From a bacterium (lineage in GTDB: Bacteria > Patescibacteriota > Patescibacteriia > SBBB01): a stretch of 64,000 nt of DNA. The stretch spans positions 8,980 through 72,979 of the forward strand of contig SBBB01000025.1 of assembly GCA_005239895.1 (NCBI GenBank), in the 5' to 3' direction. How positions within the stretch are numbered: the first letter of the stretch is position 1; each line of letters begins with the position of its first letter. Of this stretch, positions 16,246-24,730 are shown piece by piece. The translations under genes and the position numbers were made by a program. The notes under the pieces were generated by a model. It worked only from the letters and a program-made list of their open reading frames with translations. It had not been told where the DNA came from and ran no database searches.

Positions 16246-17397
16246 ATGAATATTAAAAAACAGTATATTGAAATTAAATCTCAAGAAGAAGCAGAAATAA
16301 TTGCGTCTTTAAAAACTCAAAATGATTCAGAATCTAAGCGTTTGGTTCGTTTTTTAAGTTTGCCAGATTTGTCTCGTGATCCTGCTAATCCCGTGTGCGA
16401 AATTGTTAAGCGCATAATAAATATAGAAACTTTTCTTAATTTTGATGAAATTAAAGTTCCCGAAATTGTAAGAGCTGATTTAAGCTTTGATTTATTTAAT
16501 TTTCCGCTCGATCATCCTACGCGTAGTCGCTCAGACACTTATTATATTGGAGATACTCATATTCTTCGAACTCATACCACTATAATGTGGTATTACTATT
16601 TGCATAATGAAATAATTAAAGAAAGAATTAAGAACGGGTTATCTTTTGGTTCAGTTTGTTATGGAAAGACTTATCGTAAGGATGAGATCGATAGAAATCA
16701 TATGAATGTTTTTCATCAGATTGATGGATGGTATCTTACTCCCAAGTCAACCAAGATTATCACCATTGAAGATTTAAAACAGGTTTTACTTGAAATAGTT
16801 TATGCCATTTACGGTAAAGATGTTAAATATAGATTTTTGGAAGATACTTTTCCATTTACGGATCCAAGTATTCAGATCGAAATAGAGCAAGGTGGTAATT
16901 GGATGGAGGTTGTGGGATCTGGCATAGTGCGACCAGTGGTTCTAAAAAATTTAGGAGTTAATCCTGACGAATATAATGGTTGGGCATTTGGTTTTGGATT
17001 GGAAAGACTAGTTATGTCAAATTTAAAACTTCCCGATATTAGATTGTTATGGTCTGAGGACGAGCGTGTTAAGAAACAGCTGGTTTTAGGTCATGAATAT
17101 ACTTCGGTAAGTAAATATCCACCTATCACTAGAGATATTTCTTTTGTAGTTGAGAATAGTTTTATTCCTAATAATTATTTTGATTTAATTCGTGACCTGG
17201 GCGGTAGTTTAATTGAAGAAGTAAAATTAATTGACAAATATGAGAATGCTGAAAAATTTGGAGATAAAAAAATAAGTTATACTTATAGGATTATTTATCG
17301 CAGTCCCGAAAGGACCTTGCTGTCTAGTGAGATTGATATTATTCAAAATGCAATTTATAGCGCGACTGCTAAAGATTTTAAAGCCGAGCTTAGATAA
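16246..17397 (+). CDS. pheS: Phenylalanyl-tRNA synthetase alpha-type catalytic subunit with a C-terminal FDX-ACB-like extension.
   Basis: HPTRSRSDTYYIGDTHILRTHTT, FRKDEID..HMNVFHQIDGW and GWAFGFGLERLVM are class II motifs 1-3. The last ~100 aa (YPPITRDISFVVENS...SEIDIIQNAIYS) resemble the ferredoxin-fold anticodon-binding domain. Confidence 0.8.
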   Translation: MNIKKQYIEIKSQEEAEIIASLKTQNDSESKRLVRFLSLPDLSRDPANPVCEIVKRIINIETFLNFDEIKVPEIVRADLSFDLFNFPLDHPTRSRSDTYYIGDTHILRTHTTIMWYYYLHNEIIKERIKNGLSFGSVCYGKTYRKDEIDRNHMNVFHQIDGWYLTPKSTKIITIEDLKQVLLEIVYAIYGKDVKYRFLEDTFPFTDPSIQIEIEQGGNWMEVVGSGIVRPVVLKNLGVNPDEYNGWAFGFGLERLVMSNLKLPDIRLLWSEDERVKKQLVLGHEYTSVSKYPPITRDISFVVENSFIPNNYFDLIRDLGGSLIEEVKLIDKYENAEKFGDKKISYTYRIIYRSPERTLLSSEIDIIQNAIYSATAKDFKAELR

Positions 17398-17407
17398 TTT
17401 TAATTTT

Positions 17408-17613
17408 CTAGGGTACAAGACTGCACCCTATTGTATTTTTATATTTTATTCTGCACTTCTTGTTTGATACGATCCATAAATTCCACAAGTGACATTGCTC
17501 CTATTTTGCCATAGGGTACAAGACTGCACCCTATTGTGTCTTATTTTGAACCTCTTTTTTAATACGATTTATAAAATCTACAAGCGACATTACTCCTATT
17601 TTTCCATGTTTAT
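17408..17613. repeat. Tandem ~103-bp duplication; the second copy forms the 3' end of thrS.
   Basis: Copy 1 (17408-17510) and copy 2 (17511-17613) are ~75% identical. Both begin AGGGTACAAGACTGCACCCTATTGT. Copy 1 read on the minus strand encodes a diverged ...GKIGAMSLVEFMDRIKQEVQNKI*. Confidence 0.7.
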
Positions 17614-19279
17614 GGCTTTCTACAGTTACAGTTTGAGATGTCATTTCTTTTTCACCTATAATTAAAAAGTAAGGAACTCTTGCTTCTTTGGCACATTTAA
17701 CTTTTTTACCCAACATTTCATCAGAAACATTTGTTTCCACTCTAACACCATCTTTAATTAAACTGTCAGCAATATTTTTGACGTATTCTTTTTGCTTTTC
17801 AGTTACAGATAGGATTTGCACCTGAACTCGTGATAACCACACTGGAAATGCCCCAGCGCAATGTTCGGTTAATAATGCAAAAAATCTTTCAAAAGAACCT
17901 AGTATAGCTCTATGAATAATTACAGGTTCTTCTTTTTCTCCTTTAGAATTTGTGAATTCTAAGTTGGAACGTTTGGAGGAGTAAAAATCTATCTGAATTG
18001 TGGCGATAGTATCTTCTTTGCCAGCTACATTTTTCATTTGTATATCTATTTTTGGTCCATAAAAAGATGCTTCTCCTTCTACTTCAACAAATGGCGCTGC
18101 GAATGCAATCAGGCTGTTTCTAGTAACTGTTGCGGCTTCGTCCCACATTTTTTTATTTTTGATATCTCCAAATTTTTCCGTATTTGAAAAATCAGGCAAA
18201 GATAATCTAAACCAGTATTCTTTAATTTGAAAAACATCGTCAAAAACTTCTTTAAAAAGTTTTAGCACATTAATGATTTCATTTTGTAAATCTTTTTTAT
18301 CGCAATAAATATGACTGTCGTTTTGAGTAAATCCCCTGCTACGAATTAAACCTGTTAATACTCCCGATCGCTCAAAACGATGCACCAGGCCAAATTCAGC
18401 TAATCTTATGGGTAGATCCCTGTAACTTAAGGGGCGATGTTTAAATATTTGATGGTGGTGTGGGCAATTCATAGGTCTCAAATAATATTCTTCACCCTCA
18501 ATTTCAATGGGATTATACATATCATCTTTGTAGTGTGCTAAATGACCAGATTTTTCGTACAATCTTTTATGGGTAAGAATCGGTGTGTTAACGTATTGAT
18601 ATCCATTAGCTAATTCTTTATCAAAAATAAAATCTTCAAGTTTTTTTCTTATAAATGCTCCATTTGGTAGCCAAAGCGGCAGTCCTTTACCAACCTCATC
18701 TGAAATCATAAAAAGTTGCAGTTTTTCACCCAAGAGTCTGTGGTCGCGTAGTTTAGCTTCAGCTTGTTGTTTTTTATATTCTTCAAGCATTTCCTTAGTT
18801 TCAAAAGCTAGACCATAAACGCGCGTTAACATAATATTTTTTTCATCACCTCTCCAGTATGCTCCAGCTATATGCGTTAATTCAAAAGCATCTATTGGTA
18901 TTTCTTTAGTATTTTCAATATGACCACCCTTACAAAGATCAATAAAATCACCGGTTTTGTATAAAGTTATAGTTGCTCCAGCATTTTCTAATTCATTAAT
19001 GAGTTCAATTTTAAACGGTTGATCTTTAAATTGTTTTTTAGCTTCATTGGCAGTAGTTTCAATTCTTTCAAAAGAAAGATTTTGTTTAATAAGACTAATC
19101 ATATTTTGTTGCAGGGTGGGAAGCATTTCATTGGAAAAGGGTTTAGAAAATTGAATATCATAATAAAACCCATTGTCTATAATTGGACCTATGGCTAATT
19201 TTAGATTGGGGTCGTATTGTAGAGACGCGGTTGCCAATAAATGAGCTAAAGAGTGTCTTAAATTATCTAGGTTGGACAT
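17531..19279 (-). CDS. thrS: Threonyl-tRNA synthetase (starts at the editing domain; no N-terminal TGS domain).
   Basis: HSLAHLL editing motif, IGPIIDNGFYYD, and class II catalytic plus anticodon-binding domains. At 582 aa it is shorter than canonical ThrRS. Confidence 0.9.
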   Translation of the reverse strand: MSNLDNLRHSLAHLLATASLQYDPNLKLAIGPIIDNGFYYDIQFSKPFSNEMLPTLQQNMISLIKQNLSFERIETTANEAKKQFKDQPFKIELINELENAGATITLYKTGDFIDLCKGGHIENTKEIPIDAFELTHIAGAYWRGDEKNIMLTRVYGLAFETKEMLEEYKKQQAEAKLRDHRLLGEKLQLFMISDEVGKGLPLWLPNGAFIRKKLEDFIFDKELANGYQYVNTPILTHKRLYEKSGHLAHYKDDMYNPIEIEGEEYYLRPMNCPHHHQIFKHRPLSYRDLPIRLAEFGLVHRFERSGVLTGLIRSRGFTQNDSHIYCDKKDLQNEIINVLKLFKEVFDDVFQIKEYWFRLSLPDFSNTEKFGDIKNKKMWDEAATVTRNSLIAFAAPFVEVEGEASFYGPKIDIQMKNVAGKEDTIATIQIDFYSSKRSNLEFTNSKGEKEEPVIIHRAILGSFERFFALLTEHCAGAFPVWLSRVQVQILSVTEKQKEYVKNIADSLIKDGVRVETNVSDEMLGKKVKCAKEARVPYFLIIGEKEMTSQTVTVESHKHGKIGVMSLVDFINRIKKEVQNKTQ

Positions 19280-19395
19280 AAAATTGAAATTTGTATGGTT
19301 TTATAAATCAGTAATTAGTAATCGGTAATCAGTTTATTATTGACTTTAAGTATACTATTGAATTGTGGAAATGACAAAAATTATTATTTTGTTAA

Positions 19396-19605
19396 TCTTC
19401 TTTCCTGTCATTCTCGCGTTCAGTCTTCGTCCAGCCTTTGTAGCCATAGGCTACTATGGCGGAGTAGGCTAGCCGTAGCTACTACGGTCGCTTACGCTTC
19501 ATAGTTTCAGCGACGGAGCGCGAACTAGGCAAGGCGGGAATCCAGGAGCGAATTCAATTAAATACAACCTGGATCCCCGGGTCAAGCCCGAGGATGACAG
19601 AAAGG
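19396..19605. repeat. MITE-like GC-rich element bounded by imperfect inverted termini (CCTGTCATTCTCGCG ... CGAGGATGACAGAAAGG).
   Basis: GC-rich internal palindromes (GTAGCCATAGGCTAC, GCTAGCCGTAGCTACTACGG) sit in an AT-rich background. The termini belong to the TGTCATTC/GAATGACA family. Confidence 0.45.
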
Positions 19606-19667
19606 ATGAGGAAAAATTTTGCTATGCAAAATTTTAGTGCCTGCACTACGGAGCCTTGGCGTAGTAG

Positions 19668-19741
19668 TGCGCCCGAGAGGACTCGAACCCCTAACCTCTT
19701 GGTTCGAAGCCAAGCACTCTATCCAATTGAGCTACGGGCGC
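19668..19741 (-). tRNA. tRNA-Arg (anticodon TCG).
   Basis: Minus-strand read GCGCCCGTAGCTCAATTGGATAGAGTGCTTGGCTTCGAACCAAGAGGTTAGGGGTTCGAGTCCTCTCGGGCGCA. Anticodon loop CTTCGAA; acceptor stem 7 bp; A73. Confidence 0.8.
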
Positions 19742-19826
19742 TAAAATAAACAACAACTAATTATACCACAAAAAACTGCATTTTATCAATATGCTAAGTA
19801 TTATGCGATATTAAGTCGGTTTATAA

Positions 19827-20498
19827 TTAAAAAGATGTATTCAGGCTTGGTCCTGGTAATTGTAAGCCCGAAGGAGGAGGCTGGAGAGAGTCTTGAAGGT
19901 TAACACTTGGTATTTGTGGACCTGGTACTGTGGTTTGAAGTCCTCCAGCGCCAGGTAGAGTGTTTAGGGTTGGATTAGAATTTAATTGTACAGCTGGCGG
20001 TGAACTAAAAAAGTTTCGTACAGAATCAACGCCTCTATTAAAAGCACCAGAAGCAGTATCACCAATACTACCAACCCTACCAGTACCCCCTGCTGATCCA
20101 TATATTCCCGTGCCCTGAACACTTCTTAGTATAAATGTACTAATTGAATAAGCTGAAAGTATAATAGCAGCTCCAATAGCGCTATTAATCATTAAGTTTT
20201 TAGCTTTTTTGATTTGTTCGTCATTGCCGCCCGCTGTCATCCAAAGATAACCAGCAAATACAATTAATACTAAACATATAATACCCAATAAACTTAAAGC
20301 AACTCTAATAAGTAGGGCTATTGTAGATGGTAATGATGGTGTAGCTGTTCCTGTTGTATATCCAGCATGACTACCCCCACCTTCAAGATAGCCCCTTATC
20401 TCATCTCGCGTTGATCCCAATACATTAAAAACAGGAATTATTAATAGTAGTATTATTATAAATGTATAACTAAATTTAATAAACAGGTTTTTATACAT
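19827..20498 (-). CDS. VirB2/TrbC-like (T4SS-type) pilin family paralog 1, with a long Gly/Pro/Ser-rich C-terminal tail.
   Basis: Signal peptide, then two hydrophobic helices around FAGYLWMTAGGNDEQIKKAKNLMINSAIGAAIIL. The C-terminal ~100 aa are low-complexity G/S/P/Q. Confidence 0.55.
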   Translation of the reverse strand: MYKNLFIKFSYTFIIILLLIIPVFNVLGSTRDEIRGYLEGGGSHAGYTTGTATPSLPSTIALLIRVALSLLGIICLVLIVFAGYLWMTAGGNDEQIKKAKNLMINSAIGAAIILSAYSISTFILRSVQGTGIYGSAGGTGRVGSIGDTASGAFNRGVDSVRNFFSSPPAVQLNSNPTLNTLPGAGGLQTTVPGPQIPSVNLQDSLQPPPSGLQLPGPSLNTSF

Positions 20499-20500
20499 AT

Positions 20501-20872
20501 TTATAATAATTTATCTATTAATTTACCTATCACAAAACTACTTATAACATACGCGCCTAAAACAATAATAACACCAATTATGCCATTAACCAATAAACCC
20601 TGGGCTTTTTTCACTTGTTCGTCATTGCCGCCCGCTGTCATCCAAAGATAACCAGCAAATACAACCAAGACTAAGAACACAATACCCAATAAACTTAGAA
20701 CTATCTGAATTACGTTCCCTATTATAACAACTGGATGTTTGGGTTCTTGAGGGCTAACGTCGCTACCAATTAAACGATCCAAGGGGTGTAATGGGAGTGC
20801 GTATGTTAAGGTACTAAATAACATAGAACAAAGCATTATTAATAAAAATAAGTATAAAAGACGGTTTTTCAT
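20501..20872 (-). CDS. VirB2/TrbC-like pilin family paralog 2.
   Basis: VFAGYLWMTAGGNDEQVKKAQGLLVNGIIGVIIVLGAY. Confidence 0.55.
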   Translation of the reverse strand: MKNRLLYLFLLIMLCSMLFSTLTYALPLHPLDRLIGSDVSPQEPKHPVVIIGNVIQIVLSLLGIVFLVLVVFAGYLWMTAGGNDEQVKKAQGLLVNGIIGVIIVLGAYVISSFVIGKLIDKLL

Positions 20873-20887
20873 ATAACAATAATATAG

Positions 20888-21295
20888 CTAATTAATTGTG
20901 AATTGACTCAACCGGCCTATTATGTAATAACTTATAATATACGCTGCTAAAACAATAATAACACCAATTATACCATTAACCAACAATTCTTGCGCTTTGG
21001 TGACTTGCTCTTTGTTTCCGCCTGCTGTCATCCATAAATAGCCAGCGTATACAGTTAATACTAAAAATATAATACCTACAAAACTAATTATCATTACGAT
21101 AATTTTACCAATAAATTTTTCAGGTTGATCGATTATGCTGTCATTTCGATTATATCTTGCGTCTTCAGCAACCTGGTCTAGAATCCCAACACTAGTGTTA
21201 GGATCTGGGGTTTCTGCTGTATGTATAAGAGCAGGAGTAAAAATATTTAGAGCCAGAAACAATAATATTAGCCCAAAATATATTTTTTTATTCAT
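20888..21295 (-). CDS. VirB2/TrbC-like pilin family paralog 3.
   Basis: VYAGYLWMTAGGNKEQVTKAQELLVNGIIGVIIVLAAY. Confidence 0.55.
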   Translation of the reverse strand: MNKKIYFGLILLFLALNIFTPALIHTAETPDPNTSVGILDQVAEDARYNRNDSIIDQPEKFIGKIIVMIISFVGIIFLVLTVYAGYLWMTAGGNKEQVTKAQELLVNGIIGVIIVLAAYIISYYIIGRLSQFTIN

Positions 21296-21311
21296 ATTAA
21301 ATAATATTTTA

Positions 21312-21731
21312 TTAGGACGGGTTTGTAAAACTTATTAAATTTGTTAAAATAAATTTACTTATAATATACGCGGCTACAATTATAATTATACCTATAATAT
21401 TATGTATTATTTTAGTTTGGGCGGTTTTTATTTTTTCTTTTTCTCCGCCGGAATGCATCCATTGTAATCCCGCTATAATTAGATTGGTTAAAAAAATAAT
21501 ACCTATAAAACTTGTTACCACTGCAATAATATTGCCGTACGAGCTAAGAGCGGCATTTCCACTCGGGTCTTTTGTAGGATCACCAAAAAATTTTTTTGCA
21601 GATGTGGCAAAATTATTTTTTACATCATCAAAAGTGCCAGCCTTTATGTACGATTCAGGATAAAATAAATAAATTATACTTCCCAGTAAGCTAAAAAAAA
21701 TATTTTTAATATTTGTTTTTATTTTAAACAT
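21312..21731 (-). CDS. VirB2/TrbC-like pilin family paralog 4 (the most divergent core).
   Basis: IIAGLQWMHSGGEKEKIKTAQTKIIHNIIGIIIIVAAY. Confidence 0.5.
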   Translation of the reverse strand: MFKIKTNIKNIFFSLLGSIIYLFYPESYIKAGTFDDVKNNFATSAKKFFGDPTKDPSGNAALSSYGNIIAVVTSFIGIIFLTNLIIAGLQWMHSGGEKEKIKTAQTKIIHNIIGIIIIVAAYIISKFILTNLISFTNPS

Positions 21732-21737
21732 AAATTT

Positions 21738-22190
21738 TTAAACCTTGCTAGACATGTTATATATATTAAATCCAGGTGGAGTAGTGGGCTGACCGGTTTT
21801 AACACTGGTAATAACTTTTTGTAAAATAAACCAAGTAATAAGTCCAGCGCCCATAACAACAATTAATCCTAAAATAGCCTGGCTTAGCATACCTTGAGCT
21901 TTTTTAACAGCTTCATCATTACCTTTAGCTGTCATCCACTGAATTCCAGCTATAATAATTAAAGTTAAAAATATTACACCCACTAAACCTAAACTATAAA
22001 AAATAATATTACCTATAATTTTTGAAATATCACTTTCGGGTAGCGTGCCAAATGCTTCTCTAGCAGTTGTTGTTAAACCATAATTAGATGCTAGTTTGAT
22101 ATTTCCCAGAGCGTAGGTATTTTGGGCAATCAATAAAACGATTGCGCTAAAAATAAAAAAAGTAATTAATAATGATTTATTGCGAACCAT
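21738..22190 (-). CDS. VirB2/TrbC-like pilin family paralog 5.
   Basis: IIAGIQWMTAKGNDEAVKKAQGMLSQAILGLIVVMGAG. Confidence 0.55.
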   Translation of the reverse strand: MVRNKSLLITFFIFSAIVLLIAQNTYALGNIKLASNYGLTTTAREAFGTLPESDISKIIGNIIFYSLGLVGVIFLTLIIIAGIQWMTAKGNDEAVKKAQGMLSQAILGLIVVMGAGLITWFILQKVITSVKTGQPTTPPGFNIYNMSSKV

Positions 22191-22262
22191 AAGTGTATTA
22201 TACCAAAGACAATCGGATAAAATTTTTTTTAAAATTTATTTTAAATAATCACCTAAAATATT

Positions 22263-22292
22263 AGGTGCGCTTATCTTAAATAAGCAGCACCT
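22263..22292 (-). terminator. Nested hairpin terminator inside the pilin-like array, just downstream of paralog 6.
   Basis: Minus-strand read AGGTGC-TGCTTATTTAAGATAAGC-GCACCT, followed by an A/T-rich run containing short T stretches. Confidence 0.45.
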
Positions 22293-22309
22293 AATATTTT
22301 TAGTTTAAT

Positions 22310-22723
22310 TTACGGAGTAGTAGGAGTAGCATCACTGGTTACGCTTAGTAAGGAGGATAATACGAAGGTTACTAAAGAGTATGCAGTTAAGATAATTACT
22401 AATCCAATACCAGCTGCCATTAATAAAGCTTTAGCTTTAGTAATTTGTTCATCGTTACCAGCGGCTGTCATCCACATAAATCCACCAACGATGACCAAGA
22501 CTACCGCAATAATACCTAGAAACCCTAAGGCGATTCTAATAATTTTTGCGATTGTAACTCTTATATCTGTACTAGCTAATCCAGTTTCATCACCTGCACT
22601 ACCAGTACCAATACCAATTCCGCCTTGATCAAGGGGAGTGGCACCCAATGCCAAACGAGGCATTACAAACAAGGTCAATAAAGTTAAAAATATCATTGCA
22701 GAGTATAATATGTTTTTATTCAT
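22310..22723 (-). CDS. VirB2/TrbC-like pilin family paralog 6.
   Basis: VGGFMWMTAAGNDEQITKAKALLMAAGIGLVIILTAY. Confidence 0.55.
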   Translation of the reverse strand: MNKNILYSAMIFLTLLTLFVMPRLALGATPLDQGGIGIGTGSAGDETGLASTDIRVTIAKIIRIALGFLGIIAVVLVIVGGFMWMTAAGNDEQITKAKALLMAAGIGLVIILTAYSLVTFVLSSLLSVTSDATPTTP

Positions 22724-22797
22724 ACGTCACCCCCTCTCAAATAAAAATTTATTATTAATTTATATAATTATATATTGGTTTATCTGTTTTGTGAATA

Positions 22798-23262
22798 TTA
22801 AGGATTAGTGGATGTAGAAACTGGATGTTCGCGTGTAACTGGCGCAGCTGTGGATGGGTTTGGATCTATTTCTAGGAGGTTTTGATTTGTAATCCTACCA
22901 CCCCATTGATAAATCCAGCCTTGTACCAATAAATAACTACCTAATACAATTATAATACCGATTATAGCATTAGTCAATATAACCTTACCAGTGTTAATAT
23001 CTTTTTTGTCACCACCCCTAGATCCAATCATTATTAACAAGCCTCCGTACATAAACATAAGTAAGGCTAAACTACCCACAATACCCATTATAAGATTAGC
23101 AATATTAACTATTAATTTTTTAAAACTAGATAGTTTGCAATCTGTTCCCGCATTGATTCCCCTGCATTCATGGGGAACTATCACTATAGCCGCATCAAGC
23201 ACTATGGGCAACACCATAGTAAATATAATTAATAAAATAAATAAAGATGTTTTAGAGTTCAT
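22798..23262 (-). CDS. VirB2/TrbC-like pilin family paralog 7 (divergent, with a Cys pair in the ectodomain).
   Basis: MYGGLLIMIGSRGGDKKDINTGKVILTNAIIGIIIVLGSY; ECRGINAGTDC near the N-terminus. Confidence 0.45.
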   Translation of the reverse strand: MNSKTSLFILLIIFTMVLPIVLDAAIVIVPHECRGINAGTDCKLSSFKKLIVNIANLIMGIVGSLALLMFMYGGLLIMIGSRGGDKKDINTGKVILTNAIIGIIIVLGSYLLVQGWIYQWGGRITNQNLLEIDPNPSTAAPVTREHPVSTSTNP

Positions 23263-23268
23263 ATTTAT

Positions 23269-24663
23269 TTAATAGCTATTATTTATTTTAGTAGCGCCCA
23301 AACCCAGAGCTTCATTTAGGGTTTTGGTATTATTTTTTAAGGCTATTTCAATTATTTCACGAAAAATTAGGTCCATTTTCTGAGGATTCTTGCCTCTATA
23401 CCAATTCTTACTAGTTAATAATTGTTGACTAAATACTCCGATATCCAAACTTTCACGCTGAGAATCAATAAGTTGACGCAGAGCAGTTGGTCTTTGCGTA
23501 AGTTCTAAATATTTAACTACTTCTTTTTCCGAAGTTATAAACTGAATTAAATCCCAAGCCTGATCTTTATGTTTAGATTTTTTGAGAACACTTTCGACAT
23601 AATAACTTGCGAAGTTTATTTCAGGATTGCCTGTGATTTGAGGTATTTTAGCAACATCAAACTTTAGAGTTGGGGCTGTTTTTTTAAGAACCTTATAATC
23701 GTCAAAATAACCAAACATAAAAGCTAGCTTTCCTTGTCTAAAAATATTTAAATCATAATTAATCTCCGAATTCCAAGTATAAACATCTTTGCTAGGCGTG
23801 GCAAAACTGGCATAAAACTCTAAAGACTCTAGTCCGGGAGACCTTTCTCTTCCTCCTCTGGACAATGTAACAGATTCATTGAAAGTTACGGAGTTACCCC
23901 TTGTCATATTTGCTCCATTTTGCATCATTAATAATGCTACCAAATCAACTGGATGACTTACGTTGTTATTTGTTCCTAGGGCTGTTCCATAAAGAATTAG
24001 TTTATCGGTGTTATCTTTTTTAGTAATTTTTTGAACTGCATCTACAAAGTTGCCCCAATCATTGGGTGGCAAAGATATATTACTTTTATTCAAAATATCT
24101 TTATTATAAAACATAGCCAAAGTATCAATTCCCAGGGGTAGTCCGTAGACCTTGGGCTGAGTTTCTGGTTTTTTAGTTATAGGATTTATAATCTCGGTTG
24201 GTAGAACAACATCTTCATAAACCGTATCTATAAACGAGTCTTTTAGTTTTCGCATAGACATAGTTGGGTTGGTTGCATATTCTGTCACTATTTCTTTTTT
24301 TATACTTCCTTCTAGGTGTTGATAAGCAATAGTGGTTGTAGGGGGCATATAGACTAGTTTAGATTGGTATTTTTTTAACCAAGTTATAGGTAAAGATACA
24401 ATGTCCGGTCCCCGATCTTCAGCTAAAGCGTTTAGTAACTCATTTTCCAATTCATCTAAGGGGATTTGTTTGTAATTGATAGTAACATAAGGATGCCCTG
24501 TTTTATACGCATCTAAAACCGGTTTTAACGATGATTCTTCGTCATTAACTCTCCAGTAGTTTAAAGTTACGGGATCTAATTTAACATTTTGTTTGCACTT
24601 AAATCCAGTTGTGGTTAAAATTATTAAAAGTAGTATTAAAATTTTTGCTTTAGATGAAATCAT
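23269..24663 (-). CDS. Extracellular solute-binding protein (ABC-type, family 1-like), secreted.
   Basis: Signal peptide; the overall pattern resembles MalE-like sugar-binding proteins. No adjacent permease or ATPase genes. Confidence 0.55.
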   Translation of the reverse strand: MISSKAKILILLLIILTTTGFKCKQNVKLDPVTLNYWRVNDEESSLKPVLDAYKTGHPYVTINYKQIPLDELENELLNALAEDRGPDIVSLPITWLKKYQSKLVYMPPTTTIAYQHLEGSIKKEIVTEYATNPTMSMRKLKDSFIDTVYEDVVLPTEIINPITKKPETQPKVYGLPLGIDTLAMFYNKDILNKSNISLPPNDWGNFVDAVQKITKKDNTDKLILYGTALGTNNNVSHPVDLVALLMMQNGANMTRGNSVTFNESVTLSRGGRERSPGLESLEFYASFATPSKDVYTWNSEINYDLNIFRQGKLAFMFGYFDDYKVLKKTAPTLKFDVAKIPQITGNPEINFASYYVESVLKKSKHKDQAWDLIQFITSEKEVVKYLELTQRPTALRQLIDSQRESLDIGVFSQQLLTSKNWYRGKNPQKMDLIFREIIEIALKNNTKTLNEALGLGATKINNSY

Positions 24664-24730
24664 ATATTTATGAATTTTGTAGTTAATTCATAGTATAGCA
24701 TAAAGTTTTGAGTCACGCTATAATTAGGTT

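Noticed and set aside
19380-19665. RNase P RNA, SRP RNA or tmRNA in the GC-rich intergenic blocks (also 11130-11400, 34290-34700).
   Set aside because: No conserved core motifs were found: GGAAAGUCCGGGCUCC/ACAGAACCCGGCUUA for RNase P, the AGGAAGCAGCC helix-8 motif for SRP, or the tRNA-like 3' end of tmRNA. The blocks are better explained as palindromic repeat elements.
19827-23262. CRISPR array or other spacer-repeat structure underlying the regular ~400-bp periodicity.
   Set aside because: The periodicity comes from seven protein-coding paralogs with RBSs and signal peptides. There are no short direct repeats separated by unique spacers.
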